DNA of 64,000 nucleotides from Chiloscyllium plagiosum (GCF_004010195.1 NC_057718.1:25738670-25802669), one strand, 5' to 3'. Shown: positions 50,935 to 62,905, counted from the stretch's first letter. The notes: generated by a model not told the origin, from the sequence alone. Numbers and translations: made by a program.

Positions 50935-52103
50935 TTATAGACTCATAGAGATGTACTGCATGGAAACAGACCCTTCGGTCCAGCTCGTCCATGTTGACCA
51001 GATATCCCAACCCAATCTAGTCCCGCTTGCCAGCAACTGACCCATATCCCTCCAAACCCTTCCTATTCATACATACATTCAGATGCCCATTAAATATTGC
51101 AATTGTATCAGTCTCCACCACTTCCTCTGGCAGCTCATTCCATACACTCACCATTCTCTGTGTGAAAACGTTGCCCCTTAGGTCCCTTTTATATCTTCCC
51201 CCCTCACCCTAAACCTATGCCCTCTAGTTCTGGACTCCCCAACCCCAGGGAAAAGACTTTGTCTATTTATCCTATCCATGCCCCTCATGATTTTATAAAC
51301 CTCTATAAAGTCACCCCTCAGCCTCCGACGCTCCAGGAAAACAACCCCAGCCTATTCAATCACTCCCTGTAGCTCAAATCCTCCAACCCTGGAAACATCC
51401 TTGTGAATCTTTTCTGAACCCTTTCAAGTTTCACAACATCTTTCCGATAGGAAAGAGACAAGAATTGCATGCAATATTCCAAAAGTGGCCTAGCCAATGT
51501 CCTGCACAGCTGCAACATGACCTCCCAATTCCTGTACTCAATACTCTGACCAATAAAGGAAAGCACACCAAACTTTACTATCCTATCAACCTGCGACTCC
51601 ACTTTCAAGGAGCAATAAACCTGCACTCCAAGGTCTCTTTCTTCAGCAACACTCCTGAGGACCTTACCATTAAGTGTATAGGTCCTGCTAAGATTTGCTT
51701 TCCCAAAATGCAACACATCGCATTTATCTAAATTAAATGACATCTGCTACTCCTCAGCCCATCGGCCCATCTGATCAAGATCCCATTGTAATCTGAGGTA
51801 ACCTTCTTCACTGTCCACTGCACTTCCAATTTTGGTGTCATCTGCAAACTTACTAACTATACCCCCTATGTTCATATCCAAATCATTTATATAAATGATG
51901 AAAAGTAGTGGACCCAGAACCGATCCTTGTGGCACTCCACTGGTCACAGGCCTCCAGTCTGAATAACAACCCTCCACCACCACCCTCTGTCTTCTACCTT
52001 TGAGCCAGTTCTGTATCCAAATGGCTAGTTCTCCCTGTATCCCATGAGATCTAACCTTGCTAACCAGTCTCCCATGGGGAACCTTGTCGAATGCCTTACT
52101 GAA
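50935..52103 (-). mobile_element. CR1 RT + 3' end
   Basis: FSKAFDKVPHGRL, VPQGSVLGPLLF, KFADDTK. Confidence 0.93.
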
Positions 52104-53554
52104 GGCCAAAGTGATTGCTATAATCTGAAATAAAAACTGAAAATTCACTGCAACCCAGTCAGAATCTGAGAATGAATAACAGGTAAATGTTTCAATGTTT
52201 AAATTTCATGCAGAATAAATGAAAGGGCCAATTCAAAATTTTGGCCCACCTTTCTCTTTCAAATAATGCTTAGCCTGTAAATGCATTTTCAACCACTTAT
52301 TTTTAATTAAGAAAAAAATTTTGCTTATTGGAAAGCTATTGAGACCGATAAAACAAATCTCTCTTTTAAAATAAGTCATTAGTAATTATTACACTGCAGC
52401 GTTAAATATAGCCCTCCTGTGTAAAAATGAACAACGAGCACTAATGCTGTTTCCACTGACTGAAATCTAGCAATGCCACTAAATGCAGCAACATTGACAA
52501 ACAATACAGATCCCTTCAGAAAATTTTGAATACGGTAATGGATTTTTTATTGTAAAATGATTAGAATGCTATTTGCAACTGGAATTATGTTGCCATACTT
52601 AAGACAATTATAATCACAATAAATAGCAAGCTATAAATGCAAAAATGTAATTACATGAAAAAAGTCAATTTCAGGACTCTTAGGAACATTTGTTGATTTA
52701 AAGTATCTGCTATAGACTTCTTCAATTTATGAAAATTTCATCAATATTTAAAAGAACTGACAGCTATGAGAGAGCTGTTCAGATCAAATGCAATACTTGA
52801 ACTTACTATCACAATCATCACAGCTACTTTGTATTTAATAACAACTCAGTCTTACAAAAGCCATTTCTGTTCCAGTTCTCTAGACCATATCTGTATTTTT
52901 CTATTACTTTGATTGTGGACTGAAATGGGAAATGGGTTGGTTAAAAAGCCAAAGATGGTTGAAGAATTGCTGGATTTTTTTAAAGCAAGCTACCTAACAT
53001 TCATTGTAAGTGCTGTTGACATAGCTATTTGTGCAAGTGTTGGGGAAAACCGACTTACAGATGAGCTGAAGTCACCTGTGTACAAATGGAGCTTTGGCCA
53101 TCAAGAAGTCCAAAGAGGTGCAGTTTAGATGGAATGGTCATGGTGAATGTGGGAATGCAGGAATGGGGTGGAGGTGTGAGTCTGTATGGGATGCTCTTCT
53201 GAGGGTCGGTGAAGACTCGATGAGCTAAGTGGCCTCTATCTGCACTGTAGGCAATTGTAGGATTCTAATAAGTAGCTAATTTTTCTATGGACTAGTTATC
53301 ACTGACAAAGGCCTTCAGCCTCCCAAAGCTATGTGCTTGGCTCTGAGGTAGCTGAAAGTTTGTGGATGTCAATGTTTGAGAGAGAAGCCATTAGCCCTTT
53401 GGAAGGGAAGGAACAGTTTTTGCTCTGCAATAAAAAAGCATCTCAAGCCTTAAAATACTCAGTTTATTTCCTCTAGTCAGTTGTTGTAAGTTAGTATTTT
53501 TCATTCAGAAACTTAAATAATTACTGAGTTAGTCACTCAGAAGCTCCTGCAAAC

Positions 53555-54710
53555 AAGTCATAGAGATGTACAGTTCCTTGGTCCAATTCATCTGCCCCAA
53601 TCAGTTATCCTCAACTGATCTAGCCCCATCTGTCAGCATTTGGCCCAAATCCCTCTAAACTCTTCCTGTTTACAAACCCATCCACATGCCTTTTAAATGT
53701 TATATTTGTCCCTGTCTCCACCACTTCCTACGGCAGCTTGTTCTTTACACGCACTACTCTCTGCGTGAAAACGTTTCCCCTCTGGTCTCTTTAAATCTTT
53801 CCCCTCTCGACTTAAACCTATGCCCCCTCTAGTTCTGGATCCCCGACCATGGGAAAAAGACCTTGGCCAATTGCCCTGTCTATGTAAACCTCCATAAGGT
53901 CACCTCTCAGCCTCCGACACTCCAGGGAAAATACCTTGTCTATTTACCCTATCCATACCCCTCATGATTTTGTAAACTTCTATAAGGTCACCCCTCAGCT
54001 TCTGGCACTCCAGGGAAAACAGCCCCAGCCTATTCAGCCTGTCCCTACAGCTTAAACTCTCCAATCCTGGCAACTTTCTTGTAAATCTTTTCTGAACCCT
54101 TTCAAGTTTAACAACTTCTTCCTTCAAGCAGGGAGACCAAAGTTGAATGCAGCTTTCGAAAAATGGCGGGGTTTAGATTAGAGTGGTGCTGGAAAAGCAC
54201 CAGGATTCCTGATGAAGGGCTTTTGCCTGAAACGTTGATTTTCCTGCTCCTCGGATGCTGCCTGACCTGCTGTGCTTTTCCAGCACCACTCTAATCTATA
54301 ATCTGATCTCCACCATCTGCAGTCCTCACTTCTGCCATTCTAAAAATGGCCTCAGCAATGTCCTCTGCAGCCACAACAAGACATTTCAAATCCATTTCTC
54401 AATATTCTGAATGATAAAGGCAAGCATGCCTGTCTACCTGTGACTCCACTTTCAAGGAACTATGCATCTGCACCCCTAGGTCTCTTTGTTCAGCAACACT
54501 CCCTCAGGACCTGTCATTAACTGTATACATCCTGCCCTAGTTTGTCTTAGCAAAATGCCTCACATATATCAAAATTAAACTTCATCTGCCACTCCTTAGC
54601 CCAATGGCCCATCTGATTAAGGTCCTGTTGTACTAGATAACCTTCTTCTCTGTCCACTACACCACCAATATAGGTGTCAACTGCAAATCTACTAACAATA
54701 CCTCCTGTAT
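53555..54710 (-). mobile_element. CR1 3' portion interrupted by a PLE-derived element
   Basis: LERVQKRFTR and RFAVDT motifs. Confidence 0.88.
54168..54337 (+). mobile_element. PLE-derived short element (family A) with intact hammerhead core (54205-54240)
   Basis: 13-bp TSD ttcKaaaaatggc (54155-54167 / 54338-54350). ATTC CTGATGA A GGGC TTTT GCCT GAAAC GTT GATT. Confidence 0.88.
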
Positions 54711-54825
54711 TAATTAGAGAAGAAAGATTGAACAGCAGTGTTCTGATCAGCAAATGATAATTGCAGCAAGTCTTCTGGATAGGGACCACTGAACTGATTT
54801 CCCAGTCTTACCTTCTACCCATTAC

Positions 54826-54862
54826 GTGTGTGTGTGTGTGTGTGGTGTGTCTGTGTCTGTGT
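54826..54862. repeat. (GT)n microsatellite
   Basis: gtgtgtgt run. Confidence 0.9.
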
Positions 54863-55477
54863 ATGAACCTGCATCTAAAAAGACAGGAATTCTGTGTACT
54901 TTTCAAAAACATGTAACTTTTGTGATGAGTCCAAAAATAGCACGGCTTGATTTTCTAACCCAGTGAGGTGAGACACGCTACAGTGCCACTACTTACAGCA
55001 GATGCATTGGTACTGATATGATTTGACTGCTATATATCATTGGGCAGTTCACATTATAAAATGTTTTATTCAAAGTCTTCTGCACAAACTAAACCTGAAC
55101 AATTCTGCACTGCTGGAACCCGGCACTGTATGATCCTGACTCATTTGTACTCTTCTCTATTGCAAGGTGCACAATTAATATTATAATGGCTGGTTTGAAT
55201 CTGACTGCTGCTACACATGAAGAAGATTTTAAAAAATCGTTGTCTCCCTGAATGGTTGCTTTAAGAAATGTTTGTTTCCTGAACTGAGCATGCCCTGGGC
55301 GAAAGTTCACTTGAGTGACAATATATTTCTGTTGAAGGTCCTCAAGCTGCTCCTTATTTTCACAAGTTTCAGGCAAGATGCCCAGAAAGCAGCTATTACT
55401 AGTGCTAACCCTTATGTGGAGAGATTGATATTGTACCTTCAAATAAGACTTATTTGTCGCCATTTTTCGTGCAAAGT

Positions 55478-55715
55478 ACATAGAACGTTACAGCACAGTA
55501 CAAGCTCTTTGGCCCTCAATGTTGCGCTGACCTGTGGGACCAATCTGAAGCCCATCTAACCTACACTATTCCATTCTCATCCGTATGTCTATCCAATGAC
55601 CATTTAAACACACTTAAAGGTGGCAAGTCTACCACTGTTGCAGGCAGTGCGTTCCACGTCCCTACTATTCGCTGAGTAAAGAAACTACCTCTGACATCTG
55701 TCTTATATCTATCAC
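55478..55715 (-). mobile_element. CR1 3' tail fragment
   Basis: Same tail type as 13286-13520. Confidence 0.8.
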
Positions 55716-55740
55716 ATGACTACAATCAAAGCTTACCTTT

Positions 55741-55995
55741 AGAATCATACAGTGTGGAAAGAGGCTATTTGGCTCATCAAGTCCATACAAGTCCTCCAAA
55801 GAGCATCCTACCCACACCCAGCATCTTAACATAGTCCTTAACCCCAGATATCCCACTGCCAGTCCAGCTAACCTGCACAGCTTTTGGACTGTGGAGTAGG
55901 AGAATGGGCAAACGCCACACAGTCAGTCACCCGAGGATGAAATTGTCCCTGGCATTGTGAGGTAGCAGTGCTAATCACTGAGCCACTGTGCTGCT
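55741..55995 (-). mobile_element. HE1-type SINE (degenerate)
   Basis: cagtgtggaaagaggc ... gtagcagtgctaatcactgagccactgtgctgc. Confidence 0.75.
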
Positions 55996-57619
55996 TGAGC
56001 ACAGCAAGCAATGAAATGAGAACTAATTGCCATTCAAATTTCTCACAAACAATGACCATATAATCTGTTCTTGTTTGAGGGATAAATGACAGATAGGGGA
56101 CCAGGGAAAACTCTCCCCCCCTCCCCACTTTTCCTTAAAATAGTACTATTGGATCTTCCTTGCCCATCTGAGAGGGCATATGGGAGACAGTATTGTATTG
56201 GACTGGTGGTCTCAATATTCGTAGTTCAGCAGTGGTAATTAAAGCTACAACCTTTTAATTGACAATAAAACTGTAAGAACTGCAGATGCTGTAAATCAGA
56301 GGCAAAAATAGAAATTGTTGGAGAGAAATCAGAGTTTTGAGTTGAGTGACCCTTCGTCAGAATTCATTATTAATTTACAGACAAGAAAGCTACTGAAAAA
56401 AATGCTAAGAATTTGCCATGCTTTACTTTCTTTATATTAATGTTTTCAATCCTCTTTTGTGTACTTTCTCTGTCACACGTAGCTGCACTAACCGTTTATA
56501 ATACAGAGCAAAATATATTGATTTCTTAAAAAGTGAGAGCATTTCAAAGCTCAAGTATTCTCTTTTCACACATGCCTCCTTCTCTGTAAAGAGCACTGTC
56601 ATTGATGTGTAACGTTTTGCACTTTTGCTTCAATCATTTTTTTAATAATGCAGCTCAATTGACAAGGGTTAGGAAATGCTTACTGGTTAAGTGGCTTTTT
56701 AACTGCATGAGGAGTATTCAAACGTCATTGTACGGTGGACATTTGTGATTTTGCCGATATTTACTTACTGTTTCTAGTGAAAACCCATCTCACAGAAATT
56801 GTCGATTTAAACTTTAAGCATCACTTATTTTGTTTAGTGCCCTTCATCATGGAAACAGTACCTATTGCTCTTGCATTTTTGTCGAAAATAAAATAAAGAT
56901 TTTGACCCTTCCAATAGTTGTTGCCTCTTACCTCTGATAGACAATCATTAAGCTTTTTGCACCTAGTAACAATCTTGACCCATACATAGTATCTTTGGGT
57001 TAAATTTTTAAAAAATTATTGTTTCTAGTACTGAATCCTCTTGGAAGGTATGATTGTGCAGAATAGGGCTGAGAGAAAAGATCTGTTAGCAGTACATTGA
57101 TAATCAAGATTATCAGTGATGATGTTGCTATGGTGGAAATGGATTGTTATCCACCTTGTCTCATGACTCCTATTGCACGTTAAAATCAGACCTGAAAGCT
57201 GAGGAGCACAAGCTGTGTATTATAAATGGCATCTCTTTTCAAGTAAGCGGATAGCTGACTGGAGCTTATGAAATAAGACAGTGAAGTCTGGATATTGTCC
57301 TTTATTGCTTGCAATTTCCCCGAATGATGTTATTGGATTCTCCTAATGACATGGCATTCAGAAAGATTAGAACTGTCTGCTTCAATATCCATCAATCCAC
57401 TTGCATTAACATTTCAAATGAACTGCTTTAGCCATCAAATCAACATTTGACTCAGTTTCTGAGCACGTATATGTAGTACTAAATTTGGATACGTAGGCAA
57501 CACAAATGATCTTTGAAGTCCAAAGTAATGCTGGCAATCTGGGCACACAATTCTGCTGGGAGTTAAGCGAGATGGCAACTGGCAAAGCCATTCCTGTGCT
57601 GAAGTAAAAAGTGTCCATT

Positions 57620-59380
57620 AGAGTGTCCCAATGGATAATACTCTAGGCTTCTGAAGGAGATAGCTGGGGAGATTGTAGAGGTATTGGTGGTAATTTTTCA
57701 GTAATCACTGGAGTCAGGGAGGATCCCAGAGGACTGGACATGTTAAATGTAACACCTCTGTTTAAGAAGGGAGTGAGGCAGAAGGCAGGAAACTATAGGC
57801 TGGTTAGTCTGACTTTGGTCTAGCTTTTAGAATCCATTATTAAGAATGAGATTGATGAATAATTGAAAGTGCATGGTAGAATAGGGCTGAGTCAGCACAG
57901 CATGGTCAAGGGGAAAGTCAGAAGTCACATGACACCAGGTTATTGTCCAATAGGTTTATTTGAAATCACAAGCTTTCGGAACGCTGCTCTTTCATCAGGT
58001 GAAGTCACTTCTCACCAGATAAAGGAGCAGTGATCTGATAGATTGTGATTTCAAATCAACCTGTTGGAACATAACCTGGTGTTGTGTGACTACTGACCTT
58101 GTGTACCCCAATCCAATACCGGCACCTCATATCTTGTCAAGGGGAAGTCATGCCTGACAAATCTGTAACAATTCTATGAGGAGGTAACAAGCGAGTTAAA
58201 TGAAGGAGAGCCAGTGGATGTGACCCATTTAGATTTCCAGAAGGCCTTTAACAAGGTGCTATACAAAAGGCTGTTAGGAAGACTAACAGCCCATGATATT
58301 CAGGGTGAAAAGCTGGCATGGACAGAGGGTTAGTTGACTGGCAGTAGGCAGCAAGTAGGAAGAAAGGATAGCAGAATGGGAGCTGTTGCTTAAGTGGAAT
58401 TCAGCCGGGGTCTGTGTTGGGACCACAACTATTCACATTTTACATTAACGAGCTAGATGAAGGAACTGAGGGCACTAGTCCTAAATTTGAAGATGAGAAA
58501 AAGATAGTTTGAGGTCCAAGTAGTGAGGAAGCAGGGAGACTGCAGAAGGTCTTGGGCAGGCTAGGAGAAAGGGCAAAGAAGTGGCAGATGGAATACAATG
58601 TGTGAAACTGTAAGGTTATGCACTTTGGTGGGTAGAATACAGCCACAGACTATTTTCTAAACAGGAAAGGCTTTGGAAATCTGAAGCACAAAGGGACTTA
58701 AGAGTCTGAGTTCAGGATTCTCTTCAGGTTCGCGTGCAGGTTCTGTTGGTTGTTAGGAAGGCTAACACAATGTAGCATTCATTTCAAGAGGGCTAGAATA
58801 CAGAGCAGAGATGTACTGCTGAGGATGTATAAGGCTCTGGTCAGACCAGATTTGGAATATTATGAGCAATTTTAGGCCTCTTATCTAAGGAAGGATGAGC
58901 TGGTATTGGAGGGGTCCAGAAAAGGTTAACAAGAATGATCCTGGGGATGAATAGCTTGTCATATAAGGAGTGGTTGGGGACTCTGGGTCTGAACCTCTTG
59001 GGGTTTTGAAGAATAACGTGGAATTTCATTGAAATTTACAGTATCCTGAGAGGCCTGGATAGAGTGGATGTGCAGAAGCTGTTTCCACTAGTAGAAGAGA
59101 CTCAGACCCAAGTGTACAGCCTCAGAGTGAAGGGCCAGCTTTTTAGAACTGAGATGAGGAGGAATTTCTTCAGCCAGATGGTGGTTAACCTGTGGGACTC
59201 ATTGCCGCAAAAGGCTGTGGAAGTCAACTCATTGAGTGTATTTAAGACAAAGATAGATAGGTTCTTAATTAGTAAAGGGATCATGGGTTACAGGGAGAAA
59301 GCAGGAGGATCAGGGTTGAGAAACAAATTAGTGATGATCGATGGGTCGAATAGTCTAATTCTGCTCCTATATCTTGTCAT
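57620..59380 (+). mobile_element. Decayed CR1 LINE
   Basis: aactatagg, tgcctgacaaat, gatttccagaaggcc and VVNLWDSLP motifs. Confidence 0.88.
57916..58135. mobile_element. Fold-back PLE-derived element (family B) with back-to-back hammerhead motifs
   Basis: 11-bp TSD gtcaaggggaa (57905-57915 / 58136-58146). Minus strand 58002-57966 reads TCAC CTGATGA A AGAGC agc GTTCC GAAAGC TT GTGA. Confidence 0.85.
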
Positions 59381-59464
59381 ATTGTGTAATGTGCAGTTAG
59401 GCAGAGCTTGAGGTCAATAAGTGTGCAATACTGATTTGATGCAAGAGCTGCACTTGGAGCTCAA

Positions 59465-59680
59465 TGCTGGAAACCGGAAACAACAACAGAAATTGCTGGA
59501 GAAACTCAACAGGTCTGGCAGTACCTGTGGGAGAGACAGCAGAGTTAATTTTTCAGATCCAGTAACCTTTCTTCCAGTTCTGAAGAAGGGCCACTAGACC
59601 CAAATCATTAACTCTGCTTTATCTCCACAAATGCTGCCAGACCAGCTGAGTTTCTGCAGCAATTTCTGCTCTTGTTTCAT
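59465..59680. mobile_element. Fold-back PLE-type element (family C)
   Basis: Arms ~59489-59549 / ~59608-59668. Central AGTT CTGAAGA A GGGCC acta GACCC aAATC aTT AACT. Confidence 0.75.
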
Positions 59681-60249
59681 CTTGCTCTAACATTTGCCAA
59701 CCAAGTGCGTTTCTCTGACCTTCTTTTGTCAAAACACTTATTTCCTTAAAAGTCTTCCTGCCATGCTCAGGCCTTCCTCAACAATATACTGATCTTCCTC
59801 AACAGAGGAATCACAGCCATCTTGACTTCTGTCTCCAATTGTGGCTGTTGTTATCCTTACGACATTGGTTTCTTCACTGGCAATGTTAACTGTAGTAATG
59901 TATCCCAAAATTCCCTTGAACTGAATGGTTTGCTAAGCCATTTCAGAGGGTACTTGCACAGCTATGAGTCTGAAAGCACATGCAATTCAGACTAGGTGGA
60001 GATGCCAGATTTCCTTCTTTCATGTGAACTAGATGTGTTTGTACAACAACCAATGATAGTTTCATGGTCACCACTACCAAGGTGAGATTTCATTTCTGTA
60101 TTTTGTTAATTGACTGAATTTAAGTTGCACTAGCTCACAGAGTGAAATTTAACCTATTCCCCTCAAGTGGAATTTAAATTAACATTAAATGGTATGTATT
60201 TGAAAAAAAAAGTGCTCTACACTTCTATTTTCTGTAGACGCAGGAGTAA

Positions 60250-60860
60250 TGTGGAGGTGCTGGTGTTGGACTGGGGTAGACCCCACCTTATCCCAGTTCC
60301 AACTTTCCAGCTCAGCACCGCCCTCTTGAACTTTTTTTTTAGATTACATTACAGTGTGGAAACAGGCCCCTCGGCCCAACAAGTCCACACCGACCCGCCG
60401 AAGCGCAACCCTTATCCCAGTTCCAACTTTCCAGCTCAGCACCGCCCTCTTGAACTGTAGTATCTGTTCATCTTCCTTCCCACCTGTCCACTCCGCTCTC
60501 CCCTCCGACCTATTCCCTTTACCCCCATCTCCATCCACCTATTGCACTTTCAGCTACCTTCCCCCTAGCCCCACCCCACTCCCATTTATCTCTCCACCCC
60601 TGAGGCTCCCAGTCTCATTCCTGATGAAGGGCTTTTGCCTGAAATGTAGATTTCCCTGCTCCTCAGATGCTGCCTGACCTGCTATGCTTTTCCAGCACCA
60701 TACTCTCAACTCTAGTCTCCAGCATCTGCAGTGCTCACTTTTGCCGAGGTCAGAAGTCACATGACACCAAGTTATAGTCCGCCAGTTTTATTTGAAATCA
60801 CAAGCTTTCGGAGCACTGCTCCTTTATCAAGTGAAGTCACTGGTGTTGTGTGACTTTTAA
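60250..60860. mobile_element. Nested cluster: family-B PLE end, family-A PLE 3' end (~60281-60746) and HE1 SINE tail (60333-60409)
   Basis: Family-B sequence ggactggggtagac..gaggtcagaagtcac is split by family A. The SINE tail is flanked by a 47-bp duplication. Confidence 0.8.
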
Positions 60861-61383
60861 CATAGGAATGGTGTAGTTATGATTATTCCATAGTGGACTT
60901 TGGCATGGTTGATGACAAAAGTTTCTAGATTGTGATAGCTGTAAATCTGGTGGCCTCAGTGTGAAACTCACCCTCTCCCTTTCTCTACTGAGAATTAGTG
61001 AGAGGCAAGAATTATCATGGTCTTTTGGAACTCATCTCACATTTTGAATGTTAAATAATCTTTTGCTCCTTACCTTATAACAGTTTTGTTCCCAATGTTC
61101 AAATTGTTCTTTTATTTTGAATGTAACCATAGTAAGAAAATGTCACATATTCTTAATCTAGCCTCATTTTCAGGATTAATTTTCAGGATTAAAATTGTGA
61201 CTTCACAAACTCGTCTTGTAATGTGTTCTTACAGCCAGTATCAAAAGTGACCAGAGAAATGATTTACCCCAAATTGGGCTCACCTCCTGAAATATTTATG
61301 CTAAATATTCTGACAATGCCTCTTTTGCCTTGTTATTCCTTCTTGTAAATGGTTCACCCTACATCTTAATCATATTGTTTCAG

Positions 61384-61539
61384 ATTTCTACTGCGATTTT
61401 GAGACGGCATGTGGGTTGGAATATTCCTCTGATGGTGACGACGAATTGGCAGCATGGGTGATTGCAACACCACAGGATCTCTCTCTCATCACTGATATTG
61501 CTGTGCCAGATCAAGATTACTCTGAGAAATCAAGTGAGG
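61384..61539 (+). CDS. ALK/LTK: Internal coding exon encoding the N-terminal part of MAM domain 1 of the ALK/LTK-family kinase (equivalent to ALK exon 3), phase 1-1
   Basis: Acceptor atattgtttcag and donor G|gtaagt. 156 nt encoding (D)FYCDFETACGLEYSSDGDDELAAWVIATPQDLSLITDIAVPDQDYSEKSSE(G). It has the MAM C-x-F-[DE]-x2-C start and resembles ALK LECSFDFPCELEYS...W. It joins the upstream exon in frame (G|AT = Asp). Confidence 0.85.
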
Positions 61540-62451
61540 GTAAGTGAGATAAACTCAGAGTGGCATTGTTGAGCAGAGAGAAAATCAGGTGCTGGATTTT
61601 ATTAACGTTATAAGTCAGTAAGTAAGGACAGTATCCAAAAGGTTTGAAAAAAAGGCTTTCAGTTATTTCAACCATTCTAATACGTTTAACGTGTTGATGT
61701 TGATAAAAATTCTTCTTGCTCTACAGAATGTTTTTGGATTTTGGAAACATATTTCTGTGTAGAAATCAACTGCAGAGTTTTCTCAAGAATTTTCCTGATT
61801 GAAGGAAAGCGATGCAAAGAGATTTTTGCAAAACCTTCACTGGTCTGACCAATCTGGAGAACTCGCAGTAAATCACAGGCTGTGTTTCTTTGTTATTATA
61901 GTGCGTCAATATTCTGTGCCGAGGAATAGGTTGATGTTTGTAATATGTAAATTTGAAGAATGCACTGTGCTGTCATTCGGGGGTTTATGAACCCCACAGG
62001 GAGATAAGGAAGATCAGGGATATAGTTCAGGATTTTCCCCATCAGTGCTGCTGTGCTCTCTCTGTAGTGCTGTCGCGAGTGTTGTAGGAACATTACCCAT
62101 GTAAACTGACTTTCTGCTGCACTTTGCAAAGATATAGCTGCAGACCAGCATTTGCTCTGAGCTTAATTCCTGCCCAGAATCTGATGGCGGGTAACAGCTC
62201 TCCCTCAGTTTGAGGATGTCATGGGAAATACCAGGATCAATCTCGACACACAGATCAGTTGATATGAAACAAAACACCTGACAAGGTACTAGGACCTAGG
62301 ATGAGGGATTTGCTCGCTTTGCTTTCCTTCTCTGCCTCATCATTGAGATGTTTTGACTTAAAGTGCGATGCAGCTTAATCACCAAGTTGTCAATATTTTG
62401 AACCATTGGTGGTAAGCTTCTCCATCATGGTTGTCAATTTTGATATGCTTT

Positions 62452-62905
62452 AGAGTCATAGAATTGTACAGCATGGAAACAGACCCTTTGGTCAAGTTAT
62501 ACTGAGCAGATATCCTAAATTAATCTAATCTCATTTGCCAGAACTTGGCACATTTCCCTCCAAACCCTTCGTATTCATGTACCCATCCAGATGCCTTTTT
62601 AATACTGTAATTGTACCAGCCCCCACCACTTCCTCTGGGAGCTCATTCCATTCACGCACAACCCTCTGCCTGAAAAAGTTGCCCTTTAGGTCCCATTTAA
62701 ATCTTTCCCCTCTCACCCTAAACCTATGCCCTACCCTACCCAGGGAAACAATCTTGTATATTTACCCTATCCATGTTCCTCATGATTTTATAAACCTCTG
62801 TAAGACCACCCCTCAGCCTTTGAACCTCTCGGGAAAACAGTCTCAGCCTATTTAGCCTCGCCTAATAGCTCAAAACCTCCAACCCTGGCAACATCCTTGT
62901 AAATC
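62452..62905 (-). mobile_element. CR1 3' fragment
   Basis: RVVREWNELPEEVV motif, CR1 tail. Confidence 0.88.

Noticed and set aside
55089..55559. Overlapping 130/95-aa ORFs as possible exons
   Set aside because: No recognisable domain and no convincing acceptor/donor pair. The two identified exons already join in frame.
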